Origin: Candidatus Methanomethylicia archaeon
GTDB lineage: Archaea; Thermoproteota; Methanomethylicia; CALHIW01
Direction of reading: 5' to 3'
DNA length: 64,000 bases
NCBI GenBank assembly: GCA_038845975.1
Contig: JAWBQF010000007.1
Location: 30,351 to 94,350, forward strand
How positions within the stretch are numbered: position 1 is the first letter of the stretch; the number at the start of each line of letters is the position of its first letter. The position numbers and the translations under genes are program-made. This document shows, in pieces, positions 44,117 through 53,699 of this stretch. The notes beneath the pieces are model-generated. The model saw only the letters and a program-made list of their open reading frames with translations. It was not told where the DNA came from and did not search any database.

Positions 44117-44521
44117 ATGAGAAGAGTTAATCCAATCTTAGCAGCAATACTTAACTTTATAGTTCCAGGATTAGGATTTATATATATTGGGAGGCGCTTA
44201 CTTGTAGCTGTGGGTTTAATTCTTATTAGCGTGTCAATTATTGGAGCTATGTTAGATTACAAAGACCTAACATTTACTGATTTGATTGCTTCTCTTATGT
44301 ATAGTGTTGTTATGGCTTTACTTGCATACATAGCTGCTAGGAAGGTAAATATGAATCAGCTAAATCAATTTGTATTCATAGCTAGAAGATCCTTAAGAAA
44401 ACGTCTATTAATACCTCCACCGCCAGGAATATATGTAGTCTACTGTAGGCAATGTGGATGTTCAAATCCTCCAGATAGTGATACATGTATTAAATGTGGT
44501 GGGAAACTGTTTGAGTATTGA
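44117..44521 (+). CDS. membrane protein with C-terminal double-CxxC zinc ribbon
   Basis: LNFIVPGLG.IY TM motif, PPPP linker, CRQC...CIKC. Confidence 0.7.
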   Translation: MRRVNPILAAILNFIVPGLGFIYIGRRLLVAVGLILISVSIIGAMLDYKDLTFTDLIASLMYSVVMALLAYIAARKVNMNQLNQFVFIARRSLRKRLLIPPPPGIYVVYCRQCGCSNPPDSDTCIKCGGKLFEY

Positions 44522-44531
44522 TAATTCTAAG

Positions 44532-44765
44532 TTAAACGTATATATTGGATTTTAAGTCTTTATCATGCTCATTTAATCCAAGTATTTTATATAGTGTACT
44601 TGTTATTTTATCAAGCTTTCCACATACTTTATCTAGAATATCTATCTGTTTCTCAACCACACTAGTATATTTTTCTAAAATATTTAGTAAAGCTTCCAGA
44701 TCAACTCTAATTTGAACCATTTCCCTCTTAAGCTCAGTAATAGATTCATCATTTTTCTTATTCAA
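44532..44765 (-). CDS. small coiled-coil protein
   Basis: Heptad pattern; RBS-like GAGGGGG upstream; in operon after the beta subunit. Confidence 0.55.
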   Translation of the reverse strand: MNKKNDESITELKREMVQIRVDLEALLNILEKYTSVVEKQIDILDKVCGKLDKITSTLYKILGLNEHDKDLKSNIYV

Positions 44766-44775
44766 ACTATCCCCC

Positions 44776-45645
44776 TCAAATGTTAGTAATCTCCCTAATT
44801 AAGCTTTCGTAATTGTTTTCTTCAAGTGATATGTTAGCATCTATAGGTGCTCCTCCTATAGAGTTTGCTATGAGTTCTTCAAATGTATCCTCAGTACTCT
44901 GATATATTAGACCTATAGGTATTTTACTTGATGTTAAAATTATTTTAAATGCTTCAAGCCTATTTGATGGGCTATGGTTTATCTGTTCAACATCTAAAGT
45001 GTTTTTTCTAAACCATTCATAGGTGTTTAACTTATTAAATGTTACACATGGACTTAAAACATCTATTAAAGCATAGCCCTTATGTCTTAGGCCTCCCTCT
45101 ATAAGTCTTATTAGTTGATCTAAATTACCTGAAAATCCTCTTGCAATATATGTTGCACCAGCAGATAGAGCTAATAAAACTCCATCTATTGGTTTCTCTA
45201 TTTTTCCCTTAGGGCTTGTTGATGATATAAATCCCCTAGCTGATGTTGGGCTATACTGTCCCTTAGTTAATCCATATATTTGATTATTCATTACAATATG
45301 TGTTATTCCAATGTTTCTTCTAGCTGTATGTATAAAGTGGCTCATACCTATAGCATAAGTATCTCCATCTCCGCTTGCAACTATAACCTTAAGTTTTGGG
45401 TTTGCTAACTTTATTCCTACAGCGGCTGGAAGAGCTCTTCCATGTATTCCATGAAAGCCATAGGATCTGAAGAAATCTGTAAATCTACTTGAACATCCAA
45501 TACCTGTTACAAGCACTATTTCTTCTGGTTTCAAATTGTTTTTTACTACAGCTCTTCTAAGTGCTGTTAGGACAGCGTAATGACCACATCCAGGACACCA
45601 TACTGGATTCTTAAGGATAAATTCCTTTTCATCAACCATTTTCAA
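44776..45645 (-). CDS. korB: 2-oxoacid:ferredoxin oxidoreductase beta subunit
   Basis: WCPGCG, GIGCS, HGRA, GDGD, NN.IYGLTKGQ.SPT, SPCVTF. Confidence 0.93.
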   Translation of the reverse strand: MKMVDEKEFILKNPVWCPGCGHYAVLTALRRAVVKNNLKPEEIVLVTGIGCSSRFTDFFRSYGFHGIHGRALPAAVGIKLANPKLKVIVASGDGDTYAIGMSHFIHTARRNIGITHIVMNNQIYGLTKGQYSPTSARGFISSTSPKGKIEKPIDGVLLALSAGATYIARGFSGNLDQLIRLIEGGLRHKGYALIDVLSPCVTFNKLNTYEWFRKNTLDVEQINHSPSNRLEAFKIILTSSKIPIGLIYQSTEDTFEELIANSIGGAPIDANISLEENNYESLIREITNI

Positions 45646-47341
45646 TCACCTCTAGAACATCTATTGGTCTAAAGGCTCTACCATCATATTTCAGTACCTT
45701 ACCAATATTAACACCAGTATTCCATCTAATCAGTTCGCTAAGCTGTCCTTGAGCATTATGTTCAACAACATATACCTTAGCAGTATTACGTATAAATTCA
45801 TTAATTTCCTCTGAAGGGAAAGGCCATAAATACCTTAACTGTAAGTATTTTACTTTAGACTCTCTACTATTAAGTCTCTCAACTACTTCAAGAATAACTC
45901 CATGAACTGAGCCGTAACCTATAAATGCTATTTTAGCATCTCTGTATCCATAGATTTTATGTGGAAAGAGCTCTTTAAGAATTTTCTTAGCTATCTTCAA
46001 CTTCCTTAATCTCTTATTAACCATAGCCTCTCTAATCCATGGATTCTCAGCTGTATATCCTTTCTCATCATGTTCATTACTATTAGCTAGATATATTCCA
46101 CCCTTAACTGGAGGTATTGTTCTGGGAGATATTCCATCATCTGTTATTTCATATCTCCTATAATCACCTATAACTTCACTTGTAATAAGTTTACCCCTCT
46201 CAATTCTAACTCTTGAAAGATCTAGTGTATTAACCGTCTCTCTATTCTGAGCTATGAATTGATCTATAAGAATTATTACTGGGCACTGAATCTTCTCAGC
46301 TAGATTGAATGCTTCAGTAGTCATGTAGAAAGCCTCCTCAACAGTTCCTGGTGTAAGAACTATTCTTGGAAACTCACCATGACCGCTAAATAACGCCTGT
46401 AAAGTATCTGCCTGTTCCGTTTTTGTTGCAATACCTGTACTTGGCCCAACTCTCTGTACATAAACAATTACTATAGGTACTTCAATCATTCCTGCAAGCG
46501 ATAATGACTCAGTCATTAGTGAGAATCCTGGACCTGACGTAGCTGTCATAGCTCTCAATCCAGCATATGATGCTCCAATAACCATGTTTATAGCTGCAAT
46601 CTCATCTTCTGCTTGAATAGCTATACCCTGATACCTCGACATATGCGCTATAAGTAGCTCCATGATTTCAGTTGCAGGTGTTATAGGATACCCAGCATAA
46701 AACCTACAGCCAGCAATTATAGCTCCTAGAGCTATTGCCTCATTACCATTAAGTAGGAATCCTTCCTCTCCTATAGTTTCAGTAATTACTTTTTCCCTTC
46801 CAATATTTCCAGCAGCATATTCTCTACCAATTCTATATGCTTTAATGTTCTTATCTAGAATATCTTCCCCTCTCTTCATGAACGTCTCCATCAATACTTT
46901 AAGAACATGTTTTTCATCAATACCTAAAATATAAGTTAAAACACCAAGTGCAATAGCATTTTTAAACAGTTCACTTCCTAAACTATTAATAGACATTTTT
47001 TTAAATGGTATTCCATAGTTTCTAATGTTTAAATCCTTAACTTCTCTTATTGAATTATCATATATTATTACTGTATTCTCACTATAAGCCTTCTTAAAGT
47101 ATTCTATTGCTTCAAGCTCAAATGTTACAAGATAATCTATAAAATCCTTAACTGCGTATATAGGCTTATTAGAAACTCTTACTGAATAATATGTTGGTAA
47201 TCCACGGATATTACTTGGAAAATCCCTATATGTTAACACATCATAACCAATAAATCTAAATATTTTCGCCAATATATCTCCTACTAGGAAGCTTCCATCT
47301 CCAGCCCTACCACCTATAGTAATAAACAAGTCTAAGTTCAT
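45632..47341 (-). CDS. korA: 2-oxoacid:ferredoxin oxidoreductase alpha subunit (gamma-alpha fusion)
   Basis: GYPITPAT, QAEDEIAA, TATSGPGFSL, QR.GPSTG, VEHN..GQL. Confidence 0.93.
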   Translation of the reverse strand: MNLDLFITIGGRAGDGSFLVGDILAKIFRFIGYDVLTYRDFPSNIRGLPTYYSVRVSNKPIYAVKDFIDYLVTFELEAIEYFKKAYSENTVIIYDNSIREVKDLNIRNYGIPFKKMSINSLGSELFKNAIALGVLTYILGIDEKHVLKVLMETFMKRGEDILDKNIKAYRIGREYAAGNIGREKVITETIGEEGFLLNGNEAIALGAIIAGCRFYAGYPITPATEIMELLIAHMSRYQGIAIQAEDEIAAINMVIGASYAGLRAMTATSGPGFSLMTESLSLAGMIEVPIVIVYVQRVGPSTGIATKTEQADTLQALFSGHGEFPRIVLTPGTVEEAFYMTTEAFNLAEKIQCPVIILIDQFIAQNRETVNTLDLSRVRIERGKLITSEVIGDYRRYEITDDGISPRTIPPVKGGIYLANSNEHDEKGYTAENPWIREAMVNKRLRKLKIAKKILKELFPHKIYGYRDAKIAFIGYGSVHGVILEVVERLNSRESKVKYLQLRYLWPFPSEEINEFIRNTAKVYVVEHNAQGQLSELIRWNTGVNIGKVLKYDGRAFRPIDVLEVIENG

Positions 47342-47501
47342 AGTTAAGAAAGTTAATATCCCTAAACTATAAACTTTTCTACTAAGTAAAAATTGTACTA
47401 TTCTGAATATAACTGAAAAAACATTTTCTACTGTTTATGTGCTAACACCATGTTTCTAGTATACAATTGTCTAATAACTAAGATTATTTGGAATCAACTA
47501 A

Positions 47502-47526
47502 TTACAAGATAATCTATAAAATCCTT
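47502..47526. repeat. 25-bp exact intergenic copy of korA coding sequence 47125-47149
   Basis: TTACAAGATAATCTATAAAATCCTT occurs at both positions in the same orientation. Confidence 0.85.
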
Positions 47527-47647
47527 TATCCCCATCACATTGTTTCCATAGTAGTACTAGTAAGCTAGTAACATGACTACATATAGCCAATAACTCTAAA
47601 CCCAACTCCTAACTTTAATCGATGAATAGCCGGCAAGGTGTAGTATA

Positions 47648-47754
47648 GGCTTCGTGAATTTTAGCCTATATTGAGTTTGATAGGAGAATTAATCTAAGAA
47701 TTCATAGAACAATACTGAAATAGAGGTAATAAATATGCTTAAGTCCACAAAGCC
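47648..47754 (+). mobile_element. 107-bp MITE derived from type A IS6
   Basis: Ends GGCTTCGTGAATTT and AAGTCCACAAAGCC; body matches the type A right end; 8-bp TSD GTAGTATA at 47640-47647 and 47755-47762. Confidence 0.88.
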
Positions 47755-47772
47755 GTAGTATACGTAGTAATC

Positions 47773-47780
47773 TTTTTAAG
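47773..47780 (+). promoter_or_regulatory. TATA box of the nitroreductase gene
   Basis: TTTTTAAG ending 22 nt before the ATG; 18 bp after the MITE end. Confidence 0.6.
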
Positions 47781-47802
47781 TTTAGCTTAGAAGTTTTAGT
47801 TT

Positions 47803-48417
47803 ATGAATGTTAGAGAAGCAATATATAGTAGAAGTAGTGCGAGATTTTTTAGGAATGTTAAGATACCTAGAAATATTGTAATTGAAATACTTAATATTGC
47901 TAGATTTGCTCCCTCAAGTAAAAATGCTCAGCCATGGAGAATTATAATTGTTGAGAATGAAGATATTAAGAAGAAAATTGCTGATGCATCCTACGGTCAG
48001 GAATGGATTGCATCAGCATCCATGATTTTGGTTTTCCTAGGTGATATGGAGGCCTATCTAAGAGAGGATTTGTTCTCTGCCTTTCAAACTCTTGTTGACT
48101 TGGGTATTGTTAGTCCTAGCAGTAATGATTTAATGAACTATATTTCTAAATGTTCTGATAGTGAGGTTAAGTTAGCTCGTTTATTAAATTGTATACTTAA
48201 TGTGGCGGTAATAATTGATCATCTAACTCTACTAGCTGTAGATTACGGTTTAGCTACATGTTGGGTTCGGAAATTCGATGCTTCTAAAATACGTAGCATG
48301 CTTAACATTCCGGATAAATATGTAATTGTTGCGCTTCTACCATTAGGCTATTCTGAAGCTAAATTTCTATCTAAAAATAGGCTTAGTGTAGATGATATTG
48401 TTATTAAATGGTTATAG
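47803..48417 (+). CDS. nitroreductase family protein
   Basis: R.S.R.F, APSSKNAQPW, GL.TCW, LP.GY. Confidence 0.92.
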   Translation: MNVREAIYSRSSARFFRNVKIPRNIVIEILNIARFAPSSKNAQPWRIIIVENEDIKKKIADASYGQEWIASASMILVFLGDMEAYLREDLFSAFQTLVDLGIVSPSSNDLMNYISKCSDSEVKLARLLNCILNVAVIIDHLTLLAVDYGLATCWVRKFDASKIRSMLNIPDKYVIVALLPLGYSEAKFLSKNRLSVDDIVIKWL

Positions 48418-49461
48418 CTTTTTCCTAATATGTTTCCCAGTTAAATGAATTTTGAAGCCACATCTAGGACATTTATTATCAATAACCTCATATTTTACGA
48501 TATTAAATCCATATCTCTTAATCAATGTATAGTTACAGTTCGGACAGTAAGTATTTTCGTATTGGCTTCCTGGAACATTTCCAATATATGGATAATATAT
48601 TCCTGCTTTCTTAGCCATTCTATATGCTTCTTCCAATGTTTCTATTCTTGTAGGTGGATTGTGGAATCTATATGCTGGGAAGTATCTTGTAAAGTGTATT
48701 GGTGTTTCCGGACCTGCCTCCTTTAGATGTCTTTCAATAATTTCACGTATACACGCCTCATCATCATTAACGCCAGTAACTACTAGGTTAACAACCTCAA
48801 CATGCAGCCCCATATTTCTAGCTTCTCTAATATTTCTCCATACGATATCTACATCACATCCGCCAATATAGTTCCTATATACTTCCCTATCTCCCTTAAC
48901 ATCTACTTTAAGCCCTGTCAATCCAGATTTAGCTAGCATTTTTAGTGCTTCAAGACTCATGTATCCGTTTGAAACATAGCAGCAATAAAGTCCTTTTCCA
49001 CTACCAATTCTAAAGACATCTATAGAGTATTCAAAAAGCATTGTAGGTTCATTGAAGCTTACACATAAACCATTATCGCCATGCTTTAATGCAAGATTAA
49101 CCATTCTGTAAGGATCTATGTAGTTTACATGTCTAGTATCCGGTTTAACTTTAGATAAACTACTATTTTGACACCATGGGCAGTTAAAATTACACGACCA
49201 TGTTGAGAAGGTTAAAGATGTTGAGCCTGGCCAGTAATGATAGAATGGCTTAATTTCTATAGGTCTACTTTCTAAACCACTAATATCCCCGTACACAATA
49301 GTATATAGATCTCCATTAATATTTATCTTAGTTCCACACCATCCATAGCTATCTACTGGAATTATACATTTTCTCTCGCAAGTATTACATTGAACATTAT
49401 TGTTAATTCTAGTATATAGTAGAGCTCTCTTAACTGTAGGCTTACTTAATATTTTATCCAT
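48412..49461 (-). CDS. AmmeMemoRadiSam system radical SAM enzyme
   Basis: N-terminal C..C...C, PIEIKPFYH, CNFNCPWCQN, FNEP, HFTRYFP, Y.GN, CPNC/CPRC; start reassigned to 49461. Confidence 0.9.
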   Translation of the reverse strand: MDKILSKPTVKRALLYTRINNNVQCNTCERKCIIPVDSYGWCGTKININGDLYTIVYGDISGLESRPIEIKPFYHYWPGSTSLTFSTWSCNFNCPWCQNSSLSKVKPDTRHVNYIDPYRMVNLALKHGDNGLCVSFNEPTMLFEYSIDVFRIGSGKGLYCCYVSNGYMSLEALKMLAKSGLTGLKVDVKGDREVYRNYIGGCDVDIVWRNIREARNMGLHVEVVNLVVTGVNDDEACIREIIERHLKEAGPETPIHFTRYFPAYRFHNPPTRIETLEEAYRMAKKAGIYYPYIGNVPGSQYENTYCPNCNYTLIKRYGFNIVKYEVIDNKCPRCGFKIHLTGKHIRKKL

Positions 49462-49486
49462 TTTATTAATTGCTATGTGTTTAATC

Positions 49487-50215
49487 CTATTTAGGCTGTT
49501 GGTTTCTGCCAATCCACATGGAGTATGCATTATCAAAGCCGTAAACCTCAACATCCCTAATGAATTTAACATGATCCCTAATAAGCTTCTCTATTAATTC
49601 ATCATCTAACTCCTCTCCCTTCATTATTTTTTCTCTAGCTAAGCTAAGCAGACTATCCAGCGGTAAACTTCCCACTCCTCTAAGATCTATAATGTTTACA
49701 TCAATATTGGTCTTTAAATAATCGAAAAGCTCATAGTATGGATCTAAACATATATTAACATCACTACATTTACTAACAATGTATTCAGCATCTTTCTCAG
49801 CATATTTTCTACATAGCTCAATATGTTTCATAATAATATCTCTCCAACTTTTCACATCAACTCTATCTCTAATCCTAACTTTTAAAAGCTCCTTTACCGT
49901 TTTCCAAGCTAGTAGGTTAAGCTTCTTAGAAAGCTCATCACTTACAAAACAGTAAATACCTTGATAATACTGAGTTTTAAATATAAGATATCTAGCTAAA
50001 GGTTCTGCAAACCTAAACCATAGTTTAAACTCCTGATCTACAACTTTAACTAATATGCTGAGATCTCTTGAGATAGCAGCATCTCTAATAATGTTTTCAA
50101 ATTTTCTAGGAAGGTTAATAAATATATTGTCATACTCCATTGATGTTAAATATTTAGTAAGACTACTTTTACACTCTCTACTTCTATCAGTTATGAAAAC
50201 GTGAAGTAATCCCAT
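49487..50215 (-). CDS. hypothetical protein
   Basis: 242-aa ORF, co-oriented upstream of the radical SAM gene. Confidence 0.65.
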   Translation of the reverse strand: MGLLHVFITDRSRECKSSLTKYLTSMEYDNIFINLPRKFENIIRDAAISRDLSILVKVVDQEFKLWFRFAEPLARYLIFKTQYYQGIYCFVSDELSKKLNLLAWKTVKELLKVRIRDRVDVKSWRDIIMKHIELCRKYAEKDAEYIVSKCSDVNICLDPYYELFDYLKTNIDVNIIDLRGVGSLPLDSLLSLAREKIMKGEELDDELIEKLIRDHVKFIRDVEVYGFDNAYSMWIGRNQQPK

Positions 50216-50466
50216 TCCAATATATTATTCCAGCTACGTTTATTTAAACCTTACAACAGTAATCCTGTAAACTTTAGCTTTATCATAAAGCAGAGTTTTC
50301 ATTCTTTTAATAGTTTTGGTTACTGACGTTTATTTAAGTTTTCTCTTATTTACATGAAGCCAACCTGCAAACTTAAGCTATTAGCTACATATATCTTTCA
50401 TATCTAAGATTCATAGAATCTTCTGCTATTGGGAAAGTTTAAATATATCTCTCTACTGTAGTTTTC

Positions 50467-50700
50467 ATGGCTAAGAAGTATGTAATTCCTGATTTTATAT
50501 TTAGGTGTCCTATATGTGATTTAAGATTTAGAAAGTCTAGAGCTGTAGCTCAACATTTATTCATGAAGAGAGATCGTGAGCATATTGAATGGTTAAAGAA
50601 GAATAATATCAGCTACGATGAGAAAGATGAAGCTAAGAAAAGAGAGACTATATTGAAAATTAAAGGAATTGTTGAAAGCAATTCATTATTTAGAGTTTAA
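50467..50700 (+). CDS. small C2H2-type zinc-finger protein
   Basis: CPIC...F.....V..H........H; BRE/TATA GGGAAAGTTTAAATA upstream. Confidence 0.75.
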   Translation: MAKKYVIPDFIFRCPICDLRFRKSRAVAQHLFMKRDREHIEWLKKNNISYDEKDEAKKRETILKIKGIVESNSLFRV

Positions 50701-51039
50701 CATGTTAAATGAATTACAAGAGCAACCTTCTTGGATTCTCTCTTTAACCCATTATAAGCTCTACATGCCTTAACGTTCTTTTCAACTATAGTGTCAATTC
50801 CCTTGTCTTTAAGAGTTTTAAATACCATCATCCATCATCATTAACCCATTGTAGCCAGAACCGATTACAAGTATTTCTGGCTTATCTTTTAAAATGTCTT
50901 CAATATCTCTTATACTAAGTCAATGTCCCTCTAATCTTCACCATCTATCTTTAATTCTTCCATTATGGAAAACTATTAGATCATGAATGTACTTTCTACC
51001 ATTGATAATTATTTCACCAAAACCATAATGTTCAATCAT
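50697..51039 (-). pseudogene. Mth938-like (DUF498) protein pseudogene
   Basis: MIEHYGFGEIIINGRKY..DL...W*RLEGH*L...KPEILVIGSG..G...AC..YN.....HLTC; two TGA stops plus frameshifts. Confidence 0.8.
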
Positions 51040-51270
51040 AACTATGTATCAATAATTTATATTTTGCTAATCTTAAATTAATAAACGGTTTATCATACTT
51101 ACTAAACTTACTCAAAATATTATAGTGTAATATATTGTCTTTGTTCTCAACAACAAACTATATCCTTCTCAGCTAGCAATGTAAAGTATCTGAAATCCTA
51201 ATATTTAACTTTACAATTAATCCAGAACTAAAGTTCTAGTTTCTCTGTTAAACTTTATGTAGTTATCTAT

Positions 51271-51939
51271 CTATATTAGATCTAGATGTGTTTGTTGCGG
51301 ATTAAAGTTATGTTTTATGTTTTTAGCTCTTTCAGTTGCTATTATATGTGCGTTGTAGATAGGTTCAGGTAGACTATGTCCCTTCATGAATTCTTTAACT
51401 ATTGTGATGGATTCTCTAAGGCTTATCATATGTCCAATGCTAATGTAGATTTTAAACGATTCCATCTTTAAGACAGCACCTATTATTTCTTCCCCATTTA
51501 TTATCTGATATAAATTTTCATTGACTTTAACCTCTCGGCCATAGAGTCTTTTCCTAGCTACGCCTATTGTTGGCTTGTTGGTGAGAATCCCAATATGGCA
51601 TGCAATGCCGAATCTACGTGGATGAGCTAACCCCTGTCCATTGACAAGGATAATATCAAAGTTTTTCTTAACATTTTTTAATGCTCCATACATGCATGGA
51701 AACTCTCTAAAGGCAAGCAGTCCGGGTATATATGGGACTTTAACATCTAAAACCTTAATACCAGTATCAATAATGTTATTATCTCTATCCATAATTACAG
51801 CTACTCCAACACCCTTACCATTACTATAGGCTACGTCTAATCCCACAATATATCTAAAATCTTTAACTTTATTTTCCCTAATAACTTTACCTGCAAGTTT
51901 TAATTGTGCATTTTTAGCTTTTTCAATGGAGAAGTGCAT
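51271..51939 (-). CDS. nfi: endonuclease V
   Basis: GLDVAY, PYIPGLLAFRE, G.G.AHPRRFG.A.H, GVA, S.GH, LPEP. Confidence 0.93.
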   Translation of the reverse strand: MHFSIEKAKNAQLKLAGKVIRENKVKDFRYIVGLDVAYSNGKGVGVAVIMDRDNNIIDTGIKVLDVKVPYIPGLLAFREFPCMYGALKNVKKNFDIILVNGQGLAHPRRFGIACHIGILTNKPTIGVARKRLYGREVKVNENLYQIINGEEIIGAVLKMESFKIYISIGHMISLRESITIVKEFMKGHSLPEPIYNAHIIATERAKNIKHNFNPQQTHLDLI

Positions 51940-51985
51940 GGAGATACATTTAATGTGGTTACAACATCTATTTACTTAGCTTAAA

Positions 51986-52933
51986 TTATCTTTCAGGATC
52001 TCTAATTCCCTGCTCTGTTATTGAGAATACTGTTTCAGCTTCTGGTAGGCATGGTGAATCCGTAACTTTAGCTATTCTTAGATTTCCCTTACTCTTTCTT
52101 AAATATACTCTATGAGTTGATGCATGGCTTAATATGTGTCCTCCTGCAGGTGCTGTTGCATCACCCCAGAATACGTCTGGTCTTGCCATAACCTGATTTG
52201 TTACGTATACTGCTATATTGTATGCTCCTGCTATTCTATTAAGCTCATGCATATGTCTATTAAGTTTCTGCTGTCTCATAGCTAGGCTTTCCCTACCTGG
52301 ATATTCAGATCTAAAATGTCCTGTAACACTATCTATAACTACAAGCTTAATATCCTCTTTCTGAATAAGATCTTTAACTTGTCCGGCAAGAAGCATTTGA
52401 TGATCACTATTGTATGCTCTGGCATAAATTATATTTCTAAGCGTTTTCATAGGGTCTAAATCGAAGGATTTTGCTATCTGCATAATTCTTTCAGGTCTAA
52501 AAGTTCCTTCAGAATCTATATATAATGCCTTACCATTAATTCCACCTTTTTCTGGAGGTAGTTGAACTGTAACGCAGAGCTGATGAGCTATCTGGGTTTT
52601 TCCCGTACCATATTCCCCATAGAATTCTGTAACACTTCCAGTTTCAATTCCTCCTCCTAGCAGATTATCTAGGTTTTTTGAGCCTGTTGAAATTCTTACT
52701 ATTTGACTTCTTTTCTGTAAAAGCTCCTCTGCAGTCATAAATGTAATTTCAAGCCTTTCTCTTGCTGAAGCAATTATCTTTGCAGCTATAGATTCTGGAA
52801 TATCTGCTGATGCTGCAAGCTCTCTTACTGATGCTACAGCTATAGACTCATACGTAGTGTATCCAGCATCCTTAAGTTTTTGAGCTGTTGATGGTCCAAC
52901 ACCATCAAGCTCGGTTAAATCTACTTCAGCCAT
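51986..52933 (-). CDS. radA: DNA repair and recombination protein RadA
   Basis: HhH N-terminus, [33 protein letters not shown]. Confidence 0.97.
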   Translation of the reverse strand: MAEVDLTELDGVGPSTAQKLKDAGYTTYESIAVASVRELAASADIPESIAAKIIASARERLEITFMTAEELLQKRSQIVRISTGSKNLDNLLGGGIETGSVTEFYGEYGTGKTQIAHQLCVTVQLPPEKGGINGKALYIDSEGTFRPERIMQIAKSFDLDPMKTLRNIIYARAYNSDHQMLLAGQVKDLIQKEDIKLVVIDSVTGHFRSEYPGRESLAMRQQKLNRHMHELNRIAGAYNIAVYVTNQVMARPDVFWGDATAPAGGHILSHASTHRVYLRKSKGNLRIAKVTDSPCLPEAETVFSITEQGIRDPER

Positions 52934-52954
52934 CAATAAAGTATAGAGTTTAAA

Positions 52955-52962
52955 GATATAAA
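52955..52962 (-). promoter_or_regulatory. radA TATA box
   Basis: TTTATATC ending 21 nt before the ATG; 18 bp from the IS left end. Confidence 0.65.
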
Positions 52963-52980
52963 GCTAACGCATAAAATTTG

Positions 52981-53645
52981 GGCTTTGTTAACTTTAGATT
53001 TATTTGGTGGTTCTCTCCCTTGTTTATGGTTAAATTTGTTAAGTTTGTAGGGAGAGGGGTTCATTTACTTTAGTTGTTATGGTGCTTATATATTTCCGTT
53101 CATCTGGAATGGCTTCAGAATTTAGTTTATTGTTGTTGGGAGTTATTCTATATTATGGTTTATCTTAATCTTCCATTTGAATTCGATAGGAGGGATGCTA
53201 GGATTATGGTTGATCTATTGTAAGTAGGTTTTAAGAGAAGGTTGTTTATGTTGTGTTTAAGCCATTATTGAGGGGATTCTATATGTATGGGTTTTATGCT
53301 GCAGCATGCTTACATCCCCAACATTAAAAGGCTAAAACTATCTATGGAATATAGTTTATTAAGTGATGAAGCAATACTATAAGCATCATGAGAATATTAA
53401 AATTAAACATTATATGGTTTAGAGGCTAGAATTAATGGAGGGAATCATACAGTATGTTAAGGATAGATTATTCGATAATTATATACCATGCATGAAGGAT
53501 AGATGTGATGGTAAGCATGCATTAATGCTTAAAATCAATAATATACATACTAAACAAACATGGATAAGGAAAATAAAAGCTAAGAATTCATAGAAGATAC
53601 AATACCAAAATAGAGGTAATAAAACATGATTAAGTTAACAAAGCC
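52981..53645 (+). mobile_element. degenerate IS6-family element, type A
   Basis: Perfect 14-bp TIRs GGCTTTGTTAACTT; heavily frameshifted transposase; no TSD. Confidence 0.9.
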
Positions 53646-53663
53646 TTTGGAACAGTCGGAAAA

Positions 53664-53671
53664 TTGATAAG
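53664..53671 (+). promoter_or_regulatory. TATA-like box of the amidohydrolase gene
   Basis: CGGAAAA-TTGATAAG; 18 bp after the IS right end. Confidence 0.5.
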
Positions 53672-53699
53672 AGGCTAGAATATATATTAGTGTATATAT

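Noticed and set aside
50261-50420. Ghost type A MITE ending 17 bp before the TATA box of the 50467 gene
   Set aside because: Too eroded and no TSD; not counted as evidence for targeting
50697-51039. Selenocysteine or readthrough at two in-frame TGA codons
   Set aside because: One TGA falls at a likely Trp position (TGG to TGA) and the gene also has frameshifts
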